Assembly (NCBI GenBank): GCA_028708605.1
Contig: JAQVYS010000004.1
Span: forward strand, 1 to 63,405
From: Bacillota bacterium
GTDB taxonomy: Bacteria > Bacillota > DTU065
Direction of reading: 5' to 3'
DNA length: 63,405 nucleotides
Within the stretch, counting starts at the first letter, position 1. Each line of letters opens with the position of its first letter. The translations under genes were made by a program, and so were the position numbers. Positions 37,916 through 45,696 of the stretch are shown here, piece after piece. Below the pieces are notes generated by a model that had not been told where the DNA came from, searched no databases, and worked only from the letters and a program-made list of their open reading frames with translations.

Positions 37916-38779
37916 TTAAAATAGTGATAACTGTTTAGACTGAACTTCAGTCCAATACGGTGCTTCGCACCTCATCCCTTGTTCTCTAGCAAGGGTCTCT
38001 ATCATTTCGTTTATTGGCTGCCAATAAGAATCTGGCACAATGCCTTCTCTTCCATACAAAAACCGATAAGGTTGGACTAGCTCCCTGTAATTGGTTTCCA
38101 AAAATGCCAAAAATGCCCTTTCGTGTTTGCTGGCAATACTTAGTGGCGCTTTTAAGATATAACTTGCACCTGATTCTTTTGCAGCTATAATTATCTGTTT
38201 AATACCTTTTTGGTCATCCCCTATAAATGGCAATATCGGGTTAAGAGCAACCCCACAGGTTACGCCTTTTGAGGCAAGGTTATGTAGGGCATTGAAACGC
38301 TTTATCGGAGAAGGTACATTTGGTTCTAGCTGCTTTGCTAGACTAATAAAAGGCGAGCAAAACTCGAACGTAACTGAAGCCATCGTTTTACTGGCTATCT
38401 CTTGTAAGATTTTCTTGTCTCTTAATACTAGAGTACTGCGTGTTTTGATATGTACTGGAAAGCCCTGAACAGCTAAGACCTGCAACAGATCGTGAGTTAT
38501 CAAATAATGCTTTTCCAAGGGCATGTAAGGATCACATTTATAACCGATACCAACTGTCTCTCGAGATTTTTTAACTAATTGCCTTGAAAGCACCTCAGCT
38601 GCATTCAAGCGTACTTGCACAGTCTGAGTTTCTAACTCAATAGGGTTAGCACAATAGGTACACTGCTGAGAGCAGCCAAGATATGGATCAGCAACATATC
38701 TGTAACCAAACACCGGGTCTCTATTGCGGTAAATATCTAGGATGGATTTAACTTTTTGTTCTTTTGTAGCAATACTCAT
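37916..38779 (-). CDS. SPL-family (COG1533, 'DNA repair photolyase'-like) radical SAM protein
   Basis: 287 aa with the CxxxCxxC cluster in YLGCSQQCTYCAN. Size and layout fit SplB-like proteins. Confidence 0.65.
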   Translation of the reverse strand: MSIATKEQKVKSILDIYRNRDPVFGYRYVADPYLGCSQQCTYCANPIELETQTVQVRLNAAEVLSRQLVKKSRETVGIGYKCDPYMPLEKHYLITHDLLQVLAVQGFPVHIKTRSTLVLRDKKILQEIASKTMASVTFEFCSPFISLAKQLEPNVPSPIKRFNALHNLASKGVTCGVALNPILPFIGDDQKGIKQIIIAAKESGASYILKAPLSIASKHERAFLAFLETNYRELVQPYRFLYGREGIVPDSYWQPINEMIETLAREQGMRCEAPYWTEVQSKQLSLF

Positions 38780-38892
38780 TAAAAAATCCTCCTGTCTACC
38801 GCAAAAAATAACTTTTTAATCCGTCTCTGTAAAGTATATCTTAACATAGTCTAGATAAATATTAAAGAAACGACCTATAAAACTGCTCCGTG

Positions 38893-38921
38893 AAAAAAAG
38901 CTGCAGGCATACCTGCAGCTT
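38893..38921 (-). terminator. strong intrinsic terminator closing the riboswitch leader
   Basis: Minus strand reads AGCTGCAGG-tatg-CCTGCAGCT plus TTTTTT, 114 nt upstream of the radical SAM ATG. Confidence 0.85.
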
Positions 38922-38947
38922 AAATCCGAATCCTCGTGATTATGATA

Positions 38948-39048
38948 AGCCTACTCCACCCCCCTGTTTCTCCCCCGTAAGATAGAGCGGAGAAACCTCA
39001 TGGTCTGATCTCTTATAGTTTCATGCCGGGTTGGCAGACCCGTAGGCT
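38948..39048 (-). promoter_or_regulatory. unassigned ~100-nt structured leader domain (possible second aptamer)
   Basis: Closing helix AGCCTAC/GTAGGCT (39048-39042 / 38954-38948). Internal helices are GGTCTG/CAGACC (39040-35 / 39007-02) and GTTTCTCC/GGAGAAAC (38996-89 / 38973-66). A G6 run lies at 38964-59. No plausible ORF. Confidence 0.45.
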
Positions 39049-39084
39049 ATAAGTTGGGTAGATGAACAGACTTAGAGTGCCGCT

Positions 39085-39154
39085 CCCTCATAGTCAGATA
39101 GTTAACGGCTATCTGGTAGATACTCTCATGCCATATTCCTGAGATTATACGAGG
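39085..39154 (-). promoter_or_regulatory. purine riboswitch aptamer, guanine class
   Basis: Minus strand reads CCTCGTATAATCTCAGGAATATGGCATGAGAGTATCTACCAGATAGCCGTTAACTATCTGACTATGAGG. P1 is CCTCGTA/TATGAGG. The conserved UAUAAU, AUAUGG, UCUACC and CCGUUAA elements are present. J3/1 is GACUAUG (C at the specificity position, hence guanine-type). Confidence 0.9.
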
Positions 39155-39178
39155 AAATCTCATAACCACTTTACGTTT

Positions 39179-39207
39179 ATTCTACCCTTAAATATCATTA
39201 CTGTCAA
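39179..39207 (-). promoter_or_regulatory. sigma70-type promoter for the riboswitch transcript
   Basis: Minus strand reads TTGACA (39207-39202), a 17-nt spacer, then TAGAAT (39184-39179). It overlaps the last codons and stop of the upstream ttcA-like gene. Confidence 0.65.
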
Positions 39208-39976
39208 TATTACCTAAATACTTTAGATAGAACTGATGCATCTCTAGCTTGTTTTTTTGTTTAGGCCATAGTTCAACTTTTTTTCCTTCGCGCATTGCGG
39301 ACAAAAGATGCGTATAAACATTAGGGTTATCTTTAACAAGATCTTTTAAAAGATTTTTCACCTGTTCTCTTTGAGTTTTGCCTGAATATGGACAAGGATT
39401 TTTTACTGGTTCAGCTTCAGCGTATGTTAAACCACCTTTTACCTCTGCCTCTGTAAAATAAACTAGTGGCCTAATTACTCTGATAGCACTTTTGTCTAAG
39501 TAGGTTGTGGGCATAAAAGTTTTTAACTGACCAGAATAAAAGAGGCTAAGCAAAAATGTCTCAAGCGCATCATCTTGGTGATGAGCAAAAGCAAGAACAT
39601 TTGCTTCTTCTCGTTTTAATATTCTGATCAAAGCCCCTTTTCTATAAAAAGCGCAACTACTACAGGGATTATTAGGCGATCTTTCTTTTACAACCTCAGC
39701 GATATTTGTTCTTTCTAAATAAAACGGTACAGATAGCTTCTTGCAATAATTCCTTAAATAATCTTCTCTAATCTGACCATATCCTAAGTCAATTGTTGCA
39801 GCAGCAAGTTCAAAAGAAAAGGGCGAGTTATTTTGCATTACCCGTAAGGCGTACAATAAAAACAGACTGTCTTTGCCACCTGAAAGACCAACTACTACTT
39901 TATCATTTTCTTTTAACATTTCAAACTCCATTGCTGCTCGCCAAAGTTTGCGTAGATATAACTTCGGAAGTCTCAT
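39188..39976 (-). CDS. PP-loop ATPase, TtcA-like tRNA 2-thiocytidine biosynthesis protein
   Basis: Start at ATG 39976 (RBS AGAGGTG). VGLSGGKDS PP-loop plus the CSSCAFYRKG cysteine motif. Confidence 0.75.
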   Translation of the reverse strand: MRLPKLYLRKLWRAAMEFEMLKENDKVVVGLSGGKDSLFLLYALRVMQNNSPFSFELAAATIDLGYGQIREDYLRNYCKKLSVPFYLERTNIAEVVKERSPNNPCSSCAFYRKGALIRILKREEANVLAFAHHQDDALETFLLSLFYSGQLKTFMPTTYLDKSAIRVIRPLVYFTEAEVKGGLTYAEAEPVKNPCPYSGKTQREQVKNLLKDLVKDNPNVYTHLLSAMREGKKVELWPKQKNKLEMHQFYLKYLGNIDSNDI

Positions 39977-40126
39977 TATTGCACCTCTACCATAGTTAGG
40001 ATAAAGATATTTTATCTCAAATACTAGCAAAAGCAACCCAAAAAATTAGTGGCACCTCTAATAGTAGGTACCACTATACACATATTAAATATTGAAATTT
40101 AAGATTAAGCTCTTTTCAGTTATAGA

Positions 40127-40288
40127 TTACTCTTCTTTCTCAAAGTCTTCTTTACTTGCTCCGCAGAGGGGACATACCCAATCATCTGGAAGATCCTCGA
40201 ATTTTACTCCAGGCTCAATACCACCTTCTGGATCGCCAACTGCTGGATCATAAACCCATCCACATAAAGTGCAAACCCACTTATCCAT
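40127..40288 (-). CDS. rubredoxin (53 aa; below the ORF-track cutoff)
   Basis: GGAGG plus 7 nt, then [53 protein letters not shown]. Two CxxCG knuckles. Confidence 0.9.
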   Translation of the reverse strand: MDKWVCTLCGWVYDPAVGDPEGGIEPGVKFEDLPDDWVCPLCGASKEDFEKEE

Positions 40289-40461
40289 ATGATTTCCTCC
40301 TTCACTTTTCTTAAAATGTTCACTTCTTTTTACCTATACCACTTAAATGCGAAAATAAACCAATTTATTAGGAAATTGTCTTCTAGCAGCTTGATTTTTG
40401 GAAATCCCGATAACCAATGGTTATCAAAAAGACTCCCCCCAAATTTGGAGGGAGTAAAAAT

Positions 40462-41745
40462 TTACAGTCTAGAAACAAACCGTTCAAATTCTTTTTGTTT
40501 TCTAGTGAGTTCTAAGTTAGAATCTCGAGCTGCTTCTAATAGAACTGTCTTTGGATCTGCATCTTGCATTACTACCTTAGAAAAAGCAAAGCTAAGGTAT
40601 CGATAGGTCTGGTATCCACCTACGACAGGCATAGGTCCAAGTGACTCTGAGAGCGCACCATCAATAACTGTTCTAACATTTTCTGGGAAAATTTCGGAAT
40701 TTGCTGTGCCCCTTGTACCAAAGACTAGATACCATTCTTCAGGTGAATCATAGATCCTAGTCTGGAACTCTTTTTGCACACGATCTGAAGCAATCCATTT
40801 GACGAACTCCCAAGATGCCTTAACCTTCTCTTCATTATTGTTGTTTGGCATCGCAAAAGCAAATGAACCAAGAGGAACCGTGCGATCTAGATTACCATCT
40901 TTATCGATAGTTCCAGGTGCTTGAGTTACTGTCCACTTGCCCTGTAGTTGCGGTTGCGTTCTGGTGATCTGAGCATATATCCAGTTCAAGGTTACCATAT
41001 AAGGAGTGTCTCCACTCATAAACGCCTGGACTTCAGGTAGTTCTAGTGGCAAGCGTTGCTCAGTATAAAAAGAGGTGAAGTTGAGAAAAGCATCTAAAGC
41101 TTCAGGTGAATCCAGATTAGAACTTAAGCCGTCTGCAGTAAAGATATCTGAGCCTCTTTGGTAAATAAATGGAAAGAATGATCGTACATGACCATCTGTA
41201 TTATTACCTATGGTAGAAAGCCATGGATCTTTACCTTGTGCTTGGATTTTAGGTATAATCGCTCTAAATTCATCCCAAGTATCAGGAGGACTGATACCAA
41301 GATCATTAAATATGTCAATCCGATAAAAAGCTTGCGTCCAACCTAATTCAAAAGGTATACCATAAACATGGTCCTTAAAAGTTAAAGCTCTCATCGCCCC
41401 TGGATAGATGTCTTTAATAGCATCATCATAGTCTGAGAATTGACTTATATCAGTAATTGCTCCGCGAATTGCCATATCGATAACCTGCGCTGCACCTAAG
41501 GTCATTACATCAGGAGCATCACCAGTGGCCAAAGCCAACAGTGCTTTTTGAAAGAAAGCTCCGTCAACCATATACGGCTGGTAATTTACTTCAATCCCAG
41601 TTGCTGGAGTGAAGTCATTTTCAATAAGGTCCTGCAAAATAGCTCCCATTACACCTCCATAAGTTATCCATGCAGTAATTTCAACTGCACTGCCAATTAC
41701 ACTTAGTAACAGAATTATTGCTAACAATAAAGCAGTTTTACGCAA
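40462..41745 (-). CDS. ABC transporter solute-binding protein, family 1, orphan (SBP-D)
   Basis: 427 aa with signal peptide LLLSVIGSA/VE. C-terminal ELTRKQKEFERFVSRL motif. No permease nearby. Confidence 0.8.
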   Translation of the reverse strand: MRKTALLLAIILLLSVIGSAVEITAWITYGGVMGAILQDLIENDFTPATGIEVNYQPYMVDGAFFQKALLALATGDAPDVMTLGAAQVIDMAIRGAITDISQFSDYDDAIKDIYPGAMRALTFKDHVYGIPFELGWTQAFYRIDIFNDLGISPPDTWDEFRAIIPKIQAQGKDPWLSTIGNNTDGHVRSFFPFIYQRGSDIFTADGLSSNLDSPEALDAFLNFTSFYTEQRLPLELPEVQAFMSGDTPYMVTLNWIYAQITRTQPQLQGKWTVTQAPGTIDKDGNLDRTVPLGSFAFAMPNNNNEEKVKASWEFVKWIASDRVQKEFQTRIYDSPEEWYLVFGTRGTANSEIFPENVRTVIDGALSESLGPMPVVGGYQTYRYLSFAFSKVVMQDADPKTVLLEAARDSNLELTRKQKEFERFVSRL

Positions 41746-41881
41746 TATTAACCCTCCTTGTTCAATTTATCACGTATAATGATGGTATTATCTATTGTAG
41801 GTTGTTTTCCCTGCAAAAGGTTAATTATTTCCAGAAACGTCATTACACTTGGACTAATAGCAGTGTTTAGAGGTGTTAAAG

Positions 41882-42157
41882 ATGAGCTTTTTATTACTAT
41901 GTTTGCTTTTTTTAACCTTAGGATTTATAAGTGGCCAAAAACTGAAAATGGCAAAAAAATTAACTAGACGCATCTCAGAAAGTATTCTCTTTTTCATACT
42001 AATCTCGCTTGGCTATAAAGTCGGCTCTAACAGAGAAATTCTTAATAGCCTCAACTCCTTAGGTCTACAAGCACTAGTTATCTGTTTAGCCGGTGTTTTG
42101 GGCAGTATTTTTGCCGTTTGGCTATATCTTTCTAGGAGGAAATCTAGTGACCATTAA
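41882..42157 (+). CDS. LysO/DUF340-family membrane protein, small subunit
   Basis: ATG 41882 follows AGAGGTG. ~91 aa with 3 TM segments. Overlaps the start of the larger partner. Confidence 0.6.
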   Translation: MSFLLLCLLFLTLGFISGQKLKMAKKLTRRISESILFFILISLGYKVGSNREILNSLNSLGLQALVICLAGVLGSIFAVWLYLSRRKSSDH

Positions 42158-42758
42158 AATTATCGGTTTAACCTTTCTTGGCGGAGTTCTAGGGTATTTC
42201 TTTCCGAATTTTTCTAATGCGATAGATCCTATTGTTTCAGTTGCCTTGCTTCTTATGCTATTTTTTGTCGGCCTTGATTTTGAACAAGATAGAGCGCTTT
42301 ATGAGCATATAAAAAAAGAAGGCCCTTCTCTTCTTATATTCCCAGTATTAATCGCCCTAGGTAGTTTAGGGGGATCTATTATCGCAGGCATGTTTTTACC
42401 AATTACAATACTAGAAAGTGTAACAGTTGGTTCAGCCTTTGGTTGGTATAGCCTCTCTGGTCCTTTACTAAGCAAGATGGTATCTGAACCTTTAGGAACT
42501 ATCGCGTTTTTGGCAAACCTCATGCGAGAATTGCTAACCTTTTTACTTGTGCCTCTTCTTGCAAAAGTACGACTAGATAAAAATGGCGTCAAGGCTCTGA
42601 CTTTTTCTCCTGCAGGAGCAACTAGCATGGACGTAACCCTCGGCGTTATTCATAAGACAACTGATACTAAAACTGCAATCGCTGCATTTATATCTGGTGC
42701 AGTTTTGTCGATGTTAGCACCTATATTGCTACAATTTTTTATCTCTTTAATGATTTAA
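42147..42758 (+). CDS. LysO/DUF340-family membrane protein, large subunit (lysine-exporter family)
   Basis: GTG 42147, 6 nt after AGGAGG. ~203 aa, multi-TM. The pairing with a small DUF340 ORF is typical. Confidence 0.6.
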   Translation: MTIKIIGLTFLGGVLGYFFPNFSNAIDPIVSVALLLMLFFVGLDFEQDRALYEHIKKEGPSLLIFPVLIALGSLGGSIIAGMFLPITILESVTVGSAFGWYSLSGPLLSKMVSEPLGTIAFLANLMRELLTFLLVPLLAKVRLDKNGVKALTFSPAGATSMDVTLGVIHKTTDTKTAIAAFISGAVLSMLAPILLQFFISLMI

Positions 42759-43352
42759 TCACAGCTTAGACCAAGCGGTTTCTCTCTCAAGTAGATCAAA
42801 AGTCCCTTGACTCATCTTCTTTGCATCTCTGACTGGATGCCAAATAGCAATTTGAGATAGTGTCCCTGAAAGACTAAGTGGTGCTTTGACTCTGTCAACC
42901 ATAGCGCAGGCCTCGAAAAATTCTGCCTCGCTCCATTTTCTGTCAGCTAAAAAAGTATTAGCTAAAGTCAAATGGTAGACAAATTCGCTCCCAAAAGGTT
43001 TTACAGATTTGATGCCATAGATATCTAAATATTCTTCAACGGTATTTATCGCGTACGTTAGTTCTGTAGTTTTTTCAATTAAAAGACCAACAGATTTATA
43101 GGGCGGTGGAAAACAGGCAAAACCGGTAGCCCTTACTGTAAATTTTTGGATACGTTGAGACGCCCTCATAACTGCGTCCCTTATTTTGCCAAGATTATTT
43201 TCATCCTCCTCAACTATCTCTAAGGTGATATGCAGATTCGGAAGACTATTATGGTATAGCTGATACTTCTCAGCGAAAAGTTTTTGCAAAACGATAGCTT
43301 TTTTCATTAAATCGCCTTCGACGATACCGACGATAAAAAGACGCTTCTCCAT
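42759..43352 (-). CDS. 2H-phosphoesterase superfamily protein (LigT / 2'-5' RNA ligase-like)
   Basis: Two HxT motifs: LHITLE and YHLTLA. Confidence 0.55.
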   Translation of the reverse strand: MEKRLFIVGIVEGDLMKKAIVLQKLFAEKYQLYHNSLPNLHITLEIVEEDENNLGKIRDAVMRASQRIQKFTVRATGFACFPPPYKSVGLLIEKTTELTYAINTVEEYLDIYGIKSVKPFGSEFVYHLTLANTFLADRKWSEAEFFEACAMVDRVKAPLSLSGTLSQIAIWHPVRDAKKMSQGTFDLLERETAWSKL

Positions 43353-43532
43353 ACAAGATATACCTCCCATCCTCCAACTATTTTACCCTCGTTAATCAAC
43401 TTTACCCACTTAGTCTTTGCAAGTTGTATTAAAAGTGTAATAATCTTCAAGTAGTTTTTTATCGTTAGCAGCTTTTAACAAAAAAAGAGGGGCCTAACCA
43501 CCTTTGGCTAGACTCCTCTCTATTCTTTCTAC

Positions 43533-44276
43533 CTATAAAATCTTTTTTAACTTATCTAATGCTTGTCTTTCCAAACGCGAAACATGCATCTGAGATATTC
43601 CCAAAAGACCTGCAACTTGCCTTTGAGGCATTGTCTGATAATACCTGAGTTTTAATATCTCTTGCTGCCTTTCAGGTAATTTTTGCATCGCTACATCTAA
43701 GGTCTGGCGATCTATTATGGTTTCAAAACCTGCATCATGCTCGCCATATAAAGAACCAAGATCGTCAGTATCAGGATTCGAAGAAATCGGCGCATCAAGA
43801 CTTAAAGTGTAAAAATTCTCAAGAATCTGAAGTGCATCGCTAACATCAGCGCTAGATAGATTCATCTCATTTGCGATAACCTCACTTGTAGGCTTATGTC
43901 CCGCAGATCTAATATATCTGTCGATGAAATCTTTTACTTGAAGAGCACGTTCCTTATTCCTCCGTGATATCTTAAGTCGCCATGCTCTATCCCTGAAATG
44001 TCTTTTTAACTCTCCTTGAATAGTTGGAGTTGCGTATGCTACAAAAGAATTGCCTTGTTCTGGGTCGAACCTGTCAATAGCCTTTAGTAGACCAAGATAG
44101 CCAACCTGCATAAGATCCTCATAGCTTTCACCTTTTCCCAAAAACCTTCTTACTAGCCTTGGGACTAGCTCACGATAGTGATCAAACAGCTCAGTTCTTA
44201 ATTGTTCAACAGACGCCAAGTTATTGTTCTCTAAACTTGTGGTTTTTGTTCTTGTCTCACTAAGCATGTCGGTCAC
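43533..44276 (-). CDS. group-3 sigma-70 factor (SigB/SigF/SigG-like), stand-alone
   Basis: 247 aa. Region 2 is DLMQVGYLGLLKAIDRFDP...YATPTIQGELKRHFRD. Region 4 HTH is QRQVAGLLGISQMHVSRLERQAL. No anti-sigma or anti-anti-sigma neighbours. Confidence 0.8.
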   Translation of the reverse strand: MTDMLSETRTKTTSLENNNLASVEQLRTELFDHYRELVPRLVRRFLGKGESYEDLMQVGYLGLLKAIDRFDPEQGNSFVAYATPTIQGELKRHFRDRAWRLKISRRNKERALQVKDFIDRYIRSAGHKPTSEVIANEMNLSSADVSDALQILENFYTLSLDAPISSNPDTDDLGSLYGEHDAGFETIIDRQTLDVAMQKLPERQQEILKLRYYQTMPQRQVAGLLGISQMHVSRLERQALDKLKKIL

Positions 44277-44444
44277 CCACCCTTATTAAGATTAGTAATT
44301 ATTACTATTTACAATAGTATATCTAAGTTATGGGTCTATTGCAAGAAGCAATTCAACAAATAAAGTCTTTGGCACCATATTTTACCAAATAAAATTCTAG
44401 TTTGCCATATTTATTTCTTTCTTTATTCCCTTTTTTATTCCTCT

Positions 44445-44482
44445 CTGTTTACTATAAATATATCTGTTTACTATAAATATAT
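44445..44482. repeat. perfect 19-bp tandem duplication
   Basis: ctgtttactataaatatat occurs twice, in the sigma/ldh intergenic region. Confidence 0.9.
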
Positions 44483-44705
44483 CGGATACATAATTGAGAC
44501 TAGCCTGTTAATTTATATAGTCGCAATAGAAGACAAATTGTTCATATTTAGTTAAAGCCTAGGTCTAAGAAGGAACTTGCTAATATTTACTAAATCTAAC
44601 TAAAATAAAACCCGGTCTCAAATCATATGAGCTCTTAAGAAATGCTAAGTAAGTTTAGCTAGCAATTCCAAGTGGTATATTATAATAAAGTTGGGAGGGG
44701 ATTCT

Positions 44706-45662
44706 TTGATTAAAAAAAATAAAGTTGCCATAATTGGTGCAGGTCAAGTTGGCTCTACAACGGCCTTTACTTTAGCTGTTAAAGGCTTGGTATCTGAGTT
44801 AGTTATCATAGATATCAACAAAGAAAAGGCAGAAGGCGAAGCCTTGGACATAAACCACGGGATGCCTTTTTTAAACCCAGCTAAGATCTATGCTGGCTCA
44901 TATGAGGACACAAAAAATGCTGAAGTAGTTATCATTACAGCTGGACTACCTAGAAAACCGGGACAAAGCCGAAGAGATTTAATTCATTCAAACAGCAGAA
45001 TTATCAAAGAGATTATCTCAAATCTTAATGAGCACGCTGAGGATCCTGTTATTGTCATTGCTACAAACCCTGTTGATCTTATGGCACTAACTGCACAAAA
45101 AGTCTCAAAACAACCCAAAACGAAAGTTTTTGGTTCTGGCACTCTCCTAGATACAGCAAGATTCAAGTTTGCTTTAGCACAAAACTGTAATATTGAAGCC
45201 CGCAGCATCCAAGCGGAAATTATTGGTGAGCATGGTGAAGGTGAGATCCCTGTTTGGAGTTTAGCCAATGTTGTTGGCGTACCACTTGCCATTTATTGCA
45301 ACGTCTGCGATCGTATCTGTGAAGAAGAAAAACGCATAGAACTTTTTGAGAAAGTGCGCGATTCTGGCATGGAAGTCATTAAGAAAAAAGGCGCTACCTA
45401 TTATGCAATTTCTCTTACACTTGCTAGAATCACTGAAGCGATTTTACGAGACGAAAATTCGGTACTAACCGTTTCAACATACATCGATGGTTTTTTAGGA
45501 ATAAACGATGTAAGCATGGGATTACCTGCAGTAGTTGGCACAGGTGGGATTCAAAGAATTATCGAATTGCCTCTTGATTTAGAAGAAAAGGAAGCCTTTA
45601 TCAATACATCAAAGGTTCTTAAAACTTTAGCTAAAGATATCGATGAATTTAAGCCTGAATAA
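44706..45662 (+). CDS. ldh: L-lactate dehydrogenase
   Basis: TTG 44706 follows GGGAGGGG. IIGAGQVGST, ITAGLPRKPGQSR, GEHGEGE. Confidence 0.8.
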   Translation: MIKKNKVAIIGAGQVGSTTAFTLAVKGLVSELVIIDINKEKAEGEALDINHGMPFLNPAKIYAGSYEDTKNAEVVIITAGLPRKPGQSRRDLIHSNSRIIKEIISNLNEHAEDPVIVIATNPVDLMALTAQKVSKQPKTKVFGSGTLLDTARFKFALAQNCNIEARSIQAEIIGEHGEGEIPVWSLANVVGVPLAIYCNVCDRICEEEKRIELFEKVRDSGMEVIKKKGATYYAISLTLARITEAILRDENSVLTVSTYIDGFLGINDVSMGLPAVVGTGGIQRIIELPLDLEEKEAFINTSKVLKTLAKDIDEFKPE

Positions 45663-45696
45663 AGTCTATAAATTAATAGCTGCCTTAAGGCAGCTA

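Noticed and set aside
44538-44555. Rex-box-like sequence TTGTTCATATTTAGTTAA upstream of ldh.
   Set aside because: Only the left half-site resembles TTGTTAA. The right half does not form the required inverted repeat (TTAACAA).
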